A stretch of 23,271 nucleotides of DNA from Bdellovibrionia bacterium. Its GTDB lineage: Bacteria > Bdellovibrionota > UBA1018. Below the pieces are notes generated by a model, which saw only the letters and a list, made by a program, of their open reading frames with translations, had not been told where the DNA came from and made no database searches. Position 1 is the first letter of the stretch; every line of letters begins with the position of its first letter. Positions 1-7,173 of this stretch are shown here, in pieces. Both the position numbers and the translations under genes were made by a program. The stretch is from contig JBMSSC010000034.1 of assembly GCA_049424145.1 (NCBI GenBank), positions 1 through 23,271 of the forward strand. Direction: 5' to 3'.

Positions 1-1167
1 GACGGCAGGCCCTTGTTTCGCGGAGGCCATCAACTCTTTTTGATCCACAGGAATAGCTGCACTGTCTCGGGTGGGCATATCCGAAATCATGGCATTGATA
101 ACAGATTCCAAACCCTGAGTGGCCGAAGTCGCTCGGGCAGTCACCAACTTATTTCTCTCAATCACTCGATTTGCCCCAAGAGATTGCTCCTGCTTGTAGC
201 GACAGAGCAAGTACTCGGTTGCAGACACCGGCGGTCCATTTTGAACGCAACGATAATTGCTCACTGTAGTCTTCTCTAAGCAATCCCGGGCATACCCTGT
301 AGTTAACGTCTTGACTTGTTGATCCAATGCTTTTTGATTTCGAACGACACTTTGCTGCTGAGTCTCAAGCTGACTGATCTGGCTACTCATCTCAGTGAGT
401 TTTTGCTGAGTTTCTTTTTGCTGCGCAATTAACCCTTTACTTCCGTTCGCAGGATCTCCTAATAGCTTCCTCTGAACTTCAAACTGCTGAGCCTGTCGAT
501 GTTCGACTTGCGCCTTAATAATGGCCACATCGGCTTGCATCCTCTGCATGCCGGCAGTCAGCACACTCATCAGCGAACCTGCTCCCTGCTGCAAAACAGT
601 CGCTTGCTGACTAATACACTTCAGTTCTTGTTGTTCAGCCAGTTCCTTTGCCGCTTTACACATGTTGCCACAAATGGCCAGATCCAGCATCGCCTCCATT
701 TGCATCATGGCAGGAGTCCCCACCATCGTGCAGTTCATCCCACCGCCCATGCCCATGCCCATGCCCATGGACGTCATTCCACCCGCAGCATCTCCACCGG
801 GGCAAACTGTGGTTGCACTCACTCCAGCACTCATCGCTGAACAAGCTGCTCCACCCATCATCGATACACCTTGACTTCGGTTCGCAAATGCCATGGCGAT
901 CCCTTGAGCCGCTCCTGCTGTTGCCATAAGAGGAACCGTGAGGTTCATACAACTACTGAAGATATTGGCCATCTGAAGGGTCTTAATCCCTTGCATCTCA
1001 GGAGGACGAACTGAATCAAAGCCGCTGGCCGATGCAATTCCTGAGGAAACTCCAATAGCAGGAGGAGGGGCGGTTTGAGCAAAAGACAACCGCGGTAAAG
1101 AGATGGGAACCAGCACTTCGGATAAAATTAAGGCAGAAACTAGAGCCTGACGCTTCCATTGGTTCAA
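1..1167 (-). CDS. Secreted hypothetical protein, 3' end outside the window (at least 389 aa); signal peptide, Met/Gly/Cys-rich segment, Gln-rich coiled coil
   Basis: Not in the ORF track because its stop lies outside the window. Hand translation gives an uninterrupted frame from TTG at 1167 (GAGAGGGGGG SD-like motif upstream) to base 1: MNQWKRQALVSALILSEVLVPISLPRLSFAQ...GGMTSMGMGMGMGGGMNC...QQKETQQKLTEMSSQISQLETQQQ... The + strand ORFs at 13-929 are its antisense shadows. Confidence 0.85.
   Translation of the reverse strand, partial: MNQWKRQALVSALILSEVLVPISLPRLSFAQTAPPPAIGVSSGIASASGFDSVRPPEMQGIKTLQMANIFSSCMNLTVPLMATAGAAQGIAMAFANRSQGVSMMGGAACSAMSAGVSATTVCPGGDAAGGMTSMGMGMGMGGGMNCTMVGTPAMMQMEAMLDLAICGNMCKAAKELAEQQELKCISQQATVLQQGAGSLMSVLTAGMQRMQADVAIIKAQVEHRQAQQFEVQRKLLGDPANGSKGLIAQQKETQQKLTEMSSQISQLETQQQSVVRNQKALDQQVKTLTTGYARDCLEKTTVSNYRCVQNGPPVSATEYLLCRYKQEQSLGANRVIERNKLVTARATSATQGLESVINAMISDMPTRDSAAIPVDQKELMASAKQGPAV
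745..768. repeat. Coding hexanucleotide tandem repeat (GCCCAT)x4, encoding MGMGMGMG on the minus strand
   Basis: Four exact copies at 745-768, in frame within the minus-strand CDS. Confidence 0.9.
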
Positions 1168-1350
1168 CGAATTACCCCCCTCTCATTCCACAGAAAGAAG
1201 CCCGCTTCGGAGGAGCCCCTCCACCCTCAAACTCAAAGCTTCCACTTCGCTTCAGTCCGGTGTTTTCTGTTGTTGTGAAACTCAAGACACCTTAATTCTA
1301 GTCGATTGAAAAGGGTTTTAAAACTAATTTTTTAATCCAATTTTGAAGAC

Positions 1351-1395
1351 AAAAAAAGCAAGGGGAGAAAAAAGACTCTCTTTTTTCTCCCCTTG
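1351..1395 (-). terminator. Rho-independent terminator downstream of the E1 alpha/beta operon
   Basis: Perfect 17-bp inverted repeat CAAGGGGAGAAAAAAGA (1359-1375) / TCTTTTTTCTCCCCTTG (1379-1395) with a 3-nt loop. On the minus strand it is followed by T7 (A7 at 1351-1357), about 35 nt after the E1 beta stop. Confidence 0.9.
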
Positions 1396-1429
1396 AACGG
1401 ACTGAATCCTACTGATTGCTCAGAAAGAC

Positions 1430-2500
1430 TCAGGCTTTCTCAGCAATGACTTCACGAATCCCTTGAATGATATGACCCAGTTGAGGAACGCTGGCCATCT
1501 CAAGCGTATCAGCAAGACCAACGCCTGGGACAAAAGCTCCTGCAATTAATCGAGGACGGGCTTCTAGGGAGTAAAAATGCTCCTCCACCGTTCGACGAAT
1601 GAGGTGCTCCCCAAAGTTGGTGACTTCTGTATCTTCGTTCACAAAAATCACGCGCCCGGTCTTCTGAATGGAGGCTGAAACCGTGTTCCAATCATAGGGC
1701 CAAAGCGTTCTCAGATCAATCACCTCAACTGAGAGCCCCTCGTCTTTCAACTGAGCGGCGGCCTGTGCACAGAGCGGAAGAGTCCGCCCATAACTCACCA
1801 CAGTCACTTGATCCCCGGAGCAAACCGTTTTTGCCACACCGAGCTCAACCGTATAATCCGTGAGTCCTTCAGGCCACTTGGCAGACCACTTTGAGCGATC
1901 CCCCAACGGCGCATCAATCATGTCCTTCAACTGCTTTTCTCCCTCAGGAGTCAAAGGAGGCTCTCCAGGAATGGGATCCACTCCCTTGATTCGCATGAGG
2001 GCTTTTGGCTTCAAATACATGGTGGGATTCGGATCTTTTAAACACGCAATCATCAACCCATAGGCATCCAAAGGATTCGAGGGCATGACAATTTTCCAAC
2101 CTGGGATGTGAGTCATCGTCGCATCAAACGAATGCGAGTGATAAATTGACCCACGAATCCCGCTGCCCACGGGGGTCATCACCGTCATGGGAAGGTGCCA
2201 ATCGCCGTTGGACGACCACGACTGCATGCCTGCCAGTTTTAAAAGATCAATCGTATTGTAGATATAATCACAAAACTGTATTTCTGCCACGCATCGACTA
2301 CCAGCTAAGCCTAAGCCAATGGCAGCCCCAATAATCCCTCGCTCATCGAGCGGGGAATTCCAGCTAGTTTTTAACCCTTGAGTGGCCGTAAAAACCCCAC
2401 CCAGAGGGGGTCCCACGTCCTCACCAAAAACATCTTTAAGGCCTAAATGAGCTTCACCGTAGTGAAGTGCCATACGAATGGCTTGAACCATCGTTGCCAT
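1430..2500 (-). CDS. bkdA2: 2-oxoacid dehydrogenase E1 component beta subunit (probably 2-oxoisovalerate/branched-chain; transketolase C-terminal domain)
   Basis: Motifs FGEDVG..GGVF.AT.GL, N(S/T)PLDE.GI.G.A.G, AEIQF.DY, HS.S, EVIDLRTL.P.D and KTGR. Start refined to ATG 2500, which overlaps the alpha-subunit TAA (TAATG). Confidence 0.88.
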   Translation of the reverse strand: MATMVQAIRMALHYGEAHLGLKDVFGEDVGPPLGGVFTATQGLKTSWNSPLDERGIIGAAIGLGLAGSRCVAEIQFCDYIYNTIDLLKLAGMQSWSSNGDWHLPMTVMTPVGSGIRGSIYHSHSFDATMTHIPGWKIVMPSNPLDAYGLMIACLKDPNPTMYLKPKALMRIKGVDPIPGEPPLTPEGEKQLKDMIDAPLGDRSKWSAKWPEGLTDYTVELGVAKTVCSGDQVTVVSYGRTLPLCAQAAAQLKDEGLSVEVIDLRTLWPYDWNTVSASIQKTGRVIFVNEDTEVTNFGEHLIRRTVEEHFYSLEARPRLIAGAFVPGVGLADTLEMASVPQLGHIIQGIREVIAEKA

Positions 2501-3525
2501 TACCAATACCTACCCTTCTGCCCGTAGTAAATGTGATCATAGAGGGTCGACCCATCAGGAAGGGGCTCTTGTTTCACTTTTTGAGACAGCTCCAGCATCT
2601 CTTGATTGTACTTCTCTCGAAGCTCGGTCATCTGCTTACGCGTCATCACACCTTCGGACTCAAGCCTAGTCTCAAACAAGGCCAGACAGTCGTCTTCTTC
2701 CGTTACAAAGTTACAGCCTGTAGCCGAGCTATGTCCGTACAATCGCGACACGCGGGCCTCAAGTAAAAATGGCTTTCTCTCCTGACGCACGTACTGCATG
2801 GCTTCTTGAATTGCAAACATCGACTCTTCGACGTCATTGCCGTTGATGGTCGCCGTTTTCATTCCAAAGGCCTTACCCCGATCTGAGATTTTCTTCTCCC
2901 CATGCTGAGTCTGAGCGGAGGTTGAGATCCCCCATTCATTGTTCGTGACAATGATCAAAATGGGAAGTTCATTTCCAGGACGAGAGGACCAAACCAAACA
3001 AGAGGCAAACTCACCTTCGGCCGTTCCTGCATCCCCTCCATTGACGATGGTAATTCCCTCACCGCCATGCCTTTTCTGCGCAATTGCACTGCCAATGGCC
3101 GTAGCGTATTGGGTTTCAATCGTGGAGGACACCGGGACAATGTTCCACTCTTTTTTAGAAAAATGATTGGAAAAGTTTCGACCTCCCGAATAAGGATCCA
3201 AGGCGACGTTTTTCATCTGCCTTAAAGCCCCAATGGGCTCTAACCCCATGGTGCTCACAATTGCGCCTGATCGATAGTGCAAGTGCAAGTAATCATAGTC
3301 TAAGCCTGAGCCCTTTTTCACTTGCATTCCCAGGGGCACGTTAAAGGCTTCTTCCCCAGGTCCCCCAATCCAGAAATAACCATCGGATTGTTTGTACATT
3401 CGAATCAAACGCTCCTCAAGCACACGGGCCTTGACCATGTGGTCATGAATCTGGACAAGGACCTTGGGCTCGAGTCGGAACTTGACTCTTTTTGATTGAG
3501 TGCGCAACGGCGCACTTTCTTTCAT
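2500..3525 (-). CDS. bkdA1: 2-oxoacid dehydrogenase E1 component alpha subunit (ThDP-dependent; probably branched-chain)
   Basis: ThDP-binding motif GDAGTAEG...NN (GDG-x-NN type), RLYGHSS phosphorylation-loop motif, G.GEEA, HYR. Start uncertain: ATG 3525, or TTG 3537 which has GGAGG upstream. The ORF-track start at 3654 looks over-extended. Confidence 0.86.
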   Translation of the reverse strand: MKESAPLRTQSKRVKFRLEPKVLVQIHDHMVKARVLEERLIRMYKQSDGYFWIGGPGEEAFNVPLGMQVKKGSGLDYDYLHLHYRSGAIVSTMGLEPIGALRQMKNVALDPYSGGRNFSNHFSKKEWNIVPVSSTIETQYATAIGSAIAQKRHGGEGITIVNGGDAGTAEGEFASCLVWSSRPGNELPILIIVTNNEWGISTSAQTQHGEKKISDRGKAFGMKTATINGNDVEESMFAIQEAMQYVRQERKPFLLEARVSRLYGHSSATGCNFVTEEDDCLALFETRLESEGVMTRKQMTELREKYNQEMLELSQKVKQEPLPDGSTLYDHIYYGQKGRYW

Positions 3526-3780
3526 CTGATCTCTCAAGAAGAATTCCTCCATTGTTTTTGTGACGACCATAGCCCAATTTTTCACTGGAAACCACAGTCT
3601 TTGAGAATCTTCAGGGCAACTCCCATCAGGAATTGCCTCACATGAAGAACGCATCGGACCATTCTATCCGCAAGACTTCTGCCTGAAACTCAGGCCCGAC
3701 TTCAGCTGAGAGCTTGCTGCCGAACGAAAGATTCATGTCTGTTCTAAAAAAAGCGGATCAAACGTTCCTGACTTTTGAGC

Positions 3781-4419
3781 CTAACCTTTAACCGACTGCC
3801 AGAAAAAAGCAACTCCGCTGACAAAAGCCATGAGTGCAAAAAAGGTCGCATAGGCCTCATAGGCCCGATTTTTCATAGCCAAATCCCAGGAAAACTTCCC
3901 ATGTGCCGCTTCAGGATTGACTCGTGACAGAAGTGCCTTAGGCGCAGGAAAACATGGAGGCCAAAATCGAGGAAAAAACCGAGGCACGCCTGAGCAGTAC
4001 TCTTCATAGGCTTTTTGAAACAACCTCTGAAGCTTCACTTCTTCATCCAGAATAATGAAGTGGTAGATCCCTGCAAAAACCACCGTGCAAACTCCCAGAA
4101 GAATCCAATTTTCAATGGCCCAAGCCGTCCCTAAGGCCATGAGATAAGTACCTACATACAGCGGGTTTCGCACAAACGCATAAGGCCCACCCACGGCAGG
4201 TCGAGTGTCTTTTCTCAAATACCCACTGGCCCAGAATCGAAGGGTAGCGCCTAAGAAACAAAGCACCACACCAGGCCAAAGAGGATAGTGCCGAGCCGAA
4301 AGCCCCAGCAAAATGGCAAAAATCCAAGCCACCGCCATTCGGGTCTTACCTTGGACCCATCCCCGAAACCAACTCACCTGCTGCTGCTCTAAAACTTCGC
4401 CCACAATCCCACCTTTCAA
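3781..4419 (-). CDS. Isoprenylcysteine carboxylmethyltransferase / phospholipid methyltransferase (PEMT) family membrane protein
   Basis: Several TM segments, LRFWA.G, GGPYAFVRNPLYVG, EE..L...F...YEEY...VPRFFP. Start overlaps the exbD stop. Confidence 0.85.
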   Translation of the reverse strand: MKGGIVGEVLEQQQVSWFRGWVQGKTRMAVAWIFAILLGLSARHYPLWPGVVLCFLGATLRFWASGYLRKDTRPAVGGPYAFVRNPLYVGTYLMALGTAWAIENWILLGVCTVVFAGIYHFIILDEEVKLQRLFQKAYEEYCSGVPRFFPRFWPPCFPAPKALLSRVNPEAAHGKFSWDLAMKNRAYEAYATFFALMAFVSGVAFFWQSVKG

Positions 4420-4868
4420 GACCCGCCTTCTTTTGCAGGCACGGTTGCGATGGCAAACTTCTCCGCCCCGGCTTGCCTTGCATGATCCATCACTTCAATA
4501 GCTGACCCCAAAAAAGCTTGACGATCCCCTTCTAGAATCACCAATCTCGATTGGGTCTGAGAAAATTTCTGTTTCAACAAAAGCTCCATCCGCTCGTACT
4601 GACCCGGCTCGATGCGTTCATCGTTCACTTTCATCGCCCCCCCCGGCAACAAGCTCACAATCACCCCTTGGGACTCTGACTGCGACGCAGCCGTCTTGGA
4701 CTGAGGCAACTGCACATCCACTCCCGATTGAGAGAGAACCGAACTGGTCACCATGAAGATAATCAAGAGCACCAAGAAGATATCCGTTAACGGCGTGATA
4801 TTAATCTCAGCAACAATGGCGCCCTCAGCGTGAGCTTCATCGTCCTGACTGAACGTCTTAAGCCCCAC
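4416..4868 (-). CDS. exbD: ExbD/TolR family biopolymer transport protein
   Basis: AEINITPLTDIFLVLLIIFMVT (TM segment with the essential Asp), V.LP, GD....G....VMD.AR.AG. Confidence 0.9.
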   Translation of the reverse strand: MGLKTFSQDDEAHAEGAIVAEINITPLTDIFLVLLIIFMVTSSVLSQSGVDVQLPQSKTAASQSESQGVIVSLLPGGAMKVNDERIEPGQYERMELLLKQKFSQTQSRLVILEGDRQAFLGSAIEVMDHARQAGAEKFAIATVPAKEGGS

Positions 4869-5571
4869 TGCTTTGCCCCGCCTTTGGATCGGAAGATCCC
4901 TGCTCTGATGAAGTCAAAAGCTCACGACTCAAACGCAACACCTCAAGCAGTTCTTCGGTCTGGATCTTGACGAGAAGAATCAACTTTCCACAGTAAGTTT
5001 GAAACGAGTTAAACGCCATGACGCCGATGACGGCCACCACAATTCCGGCAGCCGTAGCCACTAAGGACTCAGAAATTCCGGCCGACACGACAGCAAAGCC
5101 GCCTGAGCCCGAGCGCGCCATTTCTTGAAAAGAGCGTAAAATCCCCACCACGGTACCAAATAAGCCAATAAAGGGAGCCGAACTGCCAATGGTCCCTAAG
5201 ATCCAGAGGTGACTTCTTAATTCTTGGTTCACAAGCTGACGAGCACGGCCCACAGCTTCCTCCCAATGACTCCTTAAGCGACTATCCTTAGCGCTGAAAC
5301 GCTCCAAAGCCACCTCAGCCAATCGAGCCGTAGGTAAGAGCGCGTGACGTCGAATCAAGCCCCGCAAACCCTCCAAATCATCCCGAAGAACGGCATTCAT
5401 GGCCTCCAGATGAAAGGATCTCAAATGTTGACTGAGCTTGCGATAGGTCCATAGACGCTCTAAGATCACGGCCCAAATCACAAGCGAGCAGATCACCAGT
5501 GGAATCATGGTAAAGCCACCCATGACCACTAAATCCCAAACGGTTCGCACTGCGGAGGTTTGATTTGACAT
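4858..5571 (-). CDS. exbB: MotA/TolQ/ExbB proton channel family protein
   Basis: GG..MIPL...S, LGTIGSSAPFIGLFGTVVGI..SF, VSAGISESLVATAAGI.VA. Overlaps exbD by 11 nt. Confidence 0.9.
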   Translation of the reverse strand: MSNQTSAVRTVWDLVVMGGFTMIPLVICSLVIWAVILERLWTYRKLSQHLRSFHLEAMNAVLRDDLEGLRGLIRRHALLPTARLAEVALERFSAKDSRLRSHWEEAVGRARQLVNQELRSHLWILGTIGSSAPFIGLFGTVVGILRSFQEMARSGSGGFAVVSAGISESLVATAAGIVVAVIGVMAFNSFQTYCGKLILLVKIQTEELLEVLRLSRELLTSSEQGSSDPKAGQSSGA

Positions 5572-5576
5572 AACTC

Positions 5577-5610
5577 TTGCAACCCTAGCGAGCTGTTCTT
5601 AGGATGTCAA
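5577..5610. promoter_or_regulatory. Overlapping divergent sigma70-type promoters for exbB (-) and the DUF4340 gene (+)
   Basis: Plus strand: TTGCAA(5577-5582)-17 nt-TAGGAT(5600-5605). Minus strand: TTGACA(5610-5605)-17 nt-TAGGGT(5587-5582). Both fit within the 43-bp gap between start codons. Confidence 0.6.
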
Positions 5611-5614
5611 TGTC

Positions 5615-6679
5615 ATGCCGCACTTCACCCCCTGGCTTTTTCACTTCTTGGCTCAATCCATCAAAAACCGAAGAATTACGGCGCTGACCCTCATCATGTT
5701 CTGCTCTTTGAGCTGCAGTCCTTCTCCACCCGTAAGCTCCCTGATGTTTGAGTTCGACCCCCACACCGTAACAGAGGTCACCTTAGGAGCGTTTCCTCGG
5801 ACATCGGAACCACCTTGGATCACCGTCCTACAAAAAAAAGAGTTTCCCAATCCCCTCAAAAAGGGAGTTTCCCAAGTTCCTTTAGGCAACTGGCAATTCA
5901 CCTCTCTTCCATCGCTTCGGATGGCTTCAGACCGCAAAGCCAACGCCACTTGGATCATGCACCTATTGGATGCACTCCGGCAGGTCAAAAAAATCGCCCC
6001 GGCTCCAAACGGAACACTGGAGTCCCTGGGACTCAACCCCCCTGAGTGGGTCTTAAAATGGAAAACTGAGGATCACCAGTGGACGCTTCAAATCGGAAGC
6101 CCCGCGGAGCTTCAAAAAGGAACTTACGTCACTCTCGATGGAAAAAGTGCCTGGATTGCCCAAGGCTCTGCCTTGAGACTCTTGAACACAATTCAATCTT
6201 TCGATGACTTAAGAGACCCGAACTGGAGCGTTTTCTCCTCAGACGACGTCGATGAACTTTCGTTCTTAGAAAAAGGCAAGACGGTGTTTTATGCCCAAAG
6301 AGAAGGGGATCGCTGGACCGACGCCCAACATCAAGACTACTTCTTGGAGTCAAGCCTTCATCCCGGAAAGTTCCTTCAAGCCATCACCCAAGCTCAACCC
6401 CTCAAGCTCGTCGACTCACCGGCTCAAATCACCGAATTTGAAAAGCAATGGAGAAGGGGTCAATCCTTAGAAATTCAACTCACCAACCGATTCGGAGTAA
6501 CAAGCCGCCTCAGACTATTACGCTCTTCGAGCCCCCCTCCCCTGCTCTTCGGTCTCAGCTCCCTACGACCTGGGCTGGCTTTTGCGTTTGAACCAAAACT
6601 CCTCTTTTGGATGAAGAGTGTTCAAAACACACCTAGAAAAAAAGCAAGACCTCTTCGTCTCCGACCCTCTGCCCATTGA
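5615..6679 (+). CDS. DUF4340-like envelope protein (possible lipoprotein or membrane-anchored)
   Basis: N-terminal hydrophobic stretch ending SLS-C, then L...GL.PP, L.IG......GTYV, LRD...F..DDV..L. This is the repeated architecture typical of DUF4340. Confidence 0.65.
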   Translation: MPHFTPWLFHFLAQSIKNRRITALTLIMFCSLSCSPSPPVSSLMFEFDPHTVTEVTLGAFPRTSEPPWITVLQKKEFPNPLKKGVSQVPLGNWQFTSLPSLRMASDRKANATWIMHLLDALRQVKKIAPAPNGTLESLGLNPPEWVLKWKTEDHQWTLQIGSPAELQKGTYVTLDGKSAWIAQGSALRLLNTIQSFDDLRDPNWSVFSSDDVDELSFLEKGKTVFYAQREGDRWTDAQHQDYFLESSLHPGKFLQAITQAQPLKLVDSPAQITEFEKQWRRGQSLEIQLTNRFGVTSRLRLLRSSSPPPLLFGLSSLRPGLAFAFEPKLLFWMKSVQNTPRKKARPLRLRPSAH

Positions 6680-7173
6680 AGTCCTGTTGCGATCGTTTTT
6701 CTGAATCTCATTACGCGAAAGCGGAGGAATGAACCCCTTTGCCGAATTAAAGATTCTTTTCCTCACCCCAACTCATTCCACTGCCATCCCACGAAAAAAA
6801 CCAAGCGTATTTACCCCAGCTAAACTTGAGAAGTCTAACAAGATTTTTATATTAATTTTTATAGTATTAAATTAAAAATAAAAAATATGAGACACCCTAC
6901 TTAAAACCACGAATCGATCAATTTGTTTATTTAATTTATTAACAATTCTATCGACCAGCGCCTTGAGTTTTACATCCCCAGAACCCTGAATTCAAAAATC
7001 GTGAATCAAAGGAGGGAAACTTGAATAATTTAGAAGAATTTTAATCCATAGAAGTCAAAAATCGATTCTCATCGAGGAATAGACCTTGCCTGCACTCCTC
7101 CGCTTCGTCTATTGAAAGGAAGCGCTCCTGGGTTCCTAAACAAGCCGGTTTTTGAGCGCTGACTGAGGACATT

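Noticed and set aside
13..952. ORF-track ORFs at 13-279, 499-840 (His-rich HAHAHAH), 648-929, 656-952 and 662-874
   Set aside because: They are antisense or alternative-frame shadows of the long minus-strand CDS 1167->1. The HA/PM/CP/HG repeats are just other readings of (GCCCAT)4.
1195..1292. Short hairpins upstream of the first gene as a riboswitch
   Set aside because: Small stems are present, but I could not match the conserved cores of c-di-GMP, SAM, TPP, glycine or other riboswitches. An Rfam scan is needed.
6729..6875. 48-codon ORF (MNPFAELK...IFILIFIVLN) after GGAGGA
   Set aside because: The SD abuts the ATG with no spacer, and the hydrophobic tail simply reflects the AT-rich tract. 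No recognisable family.
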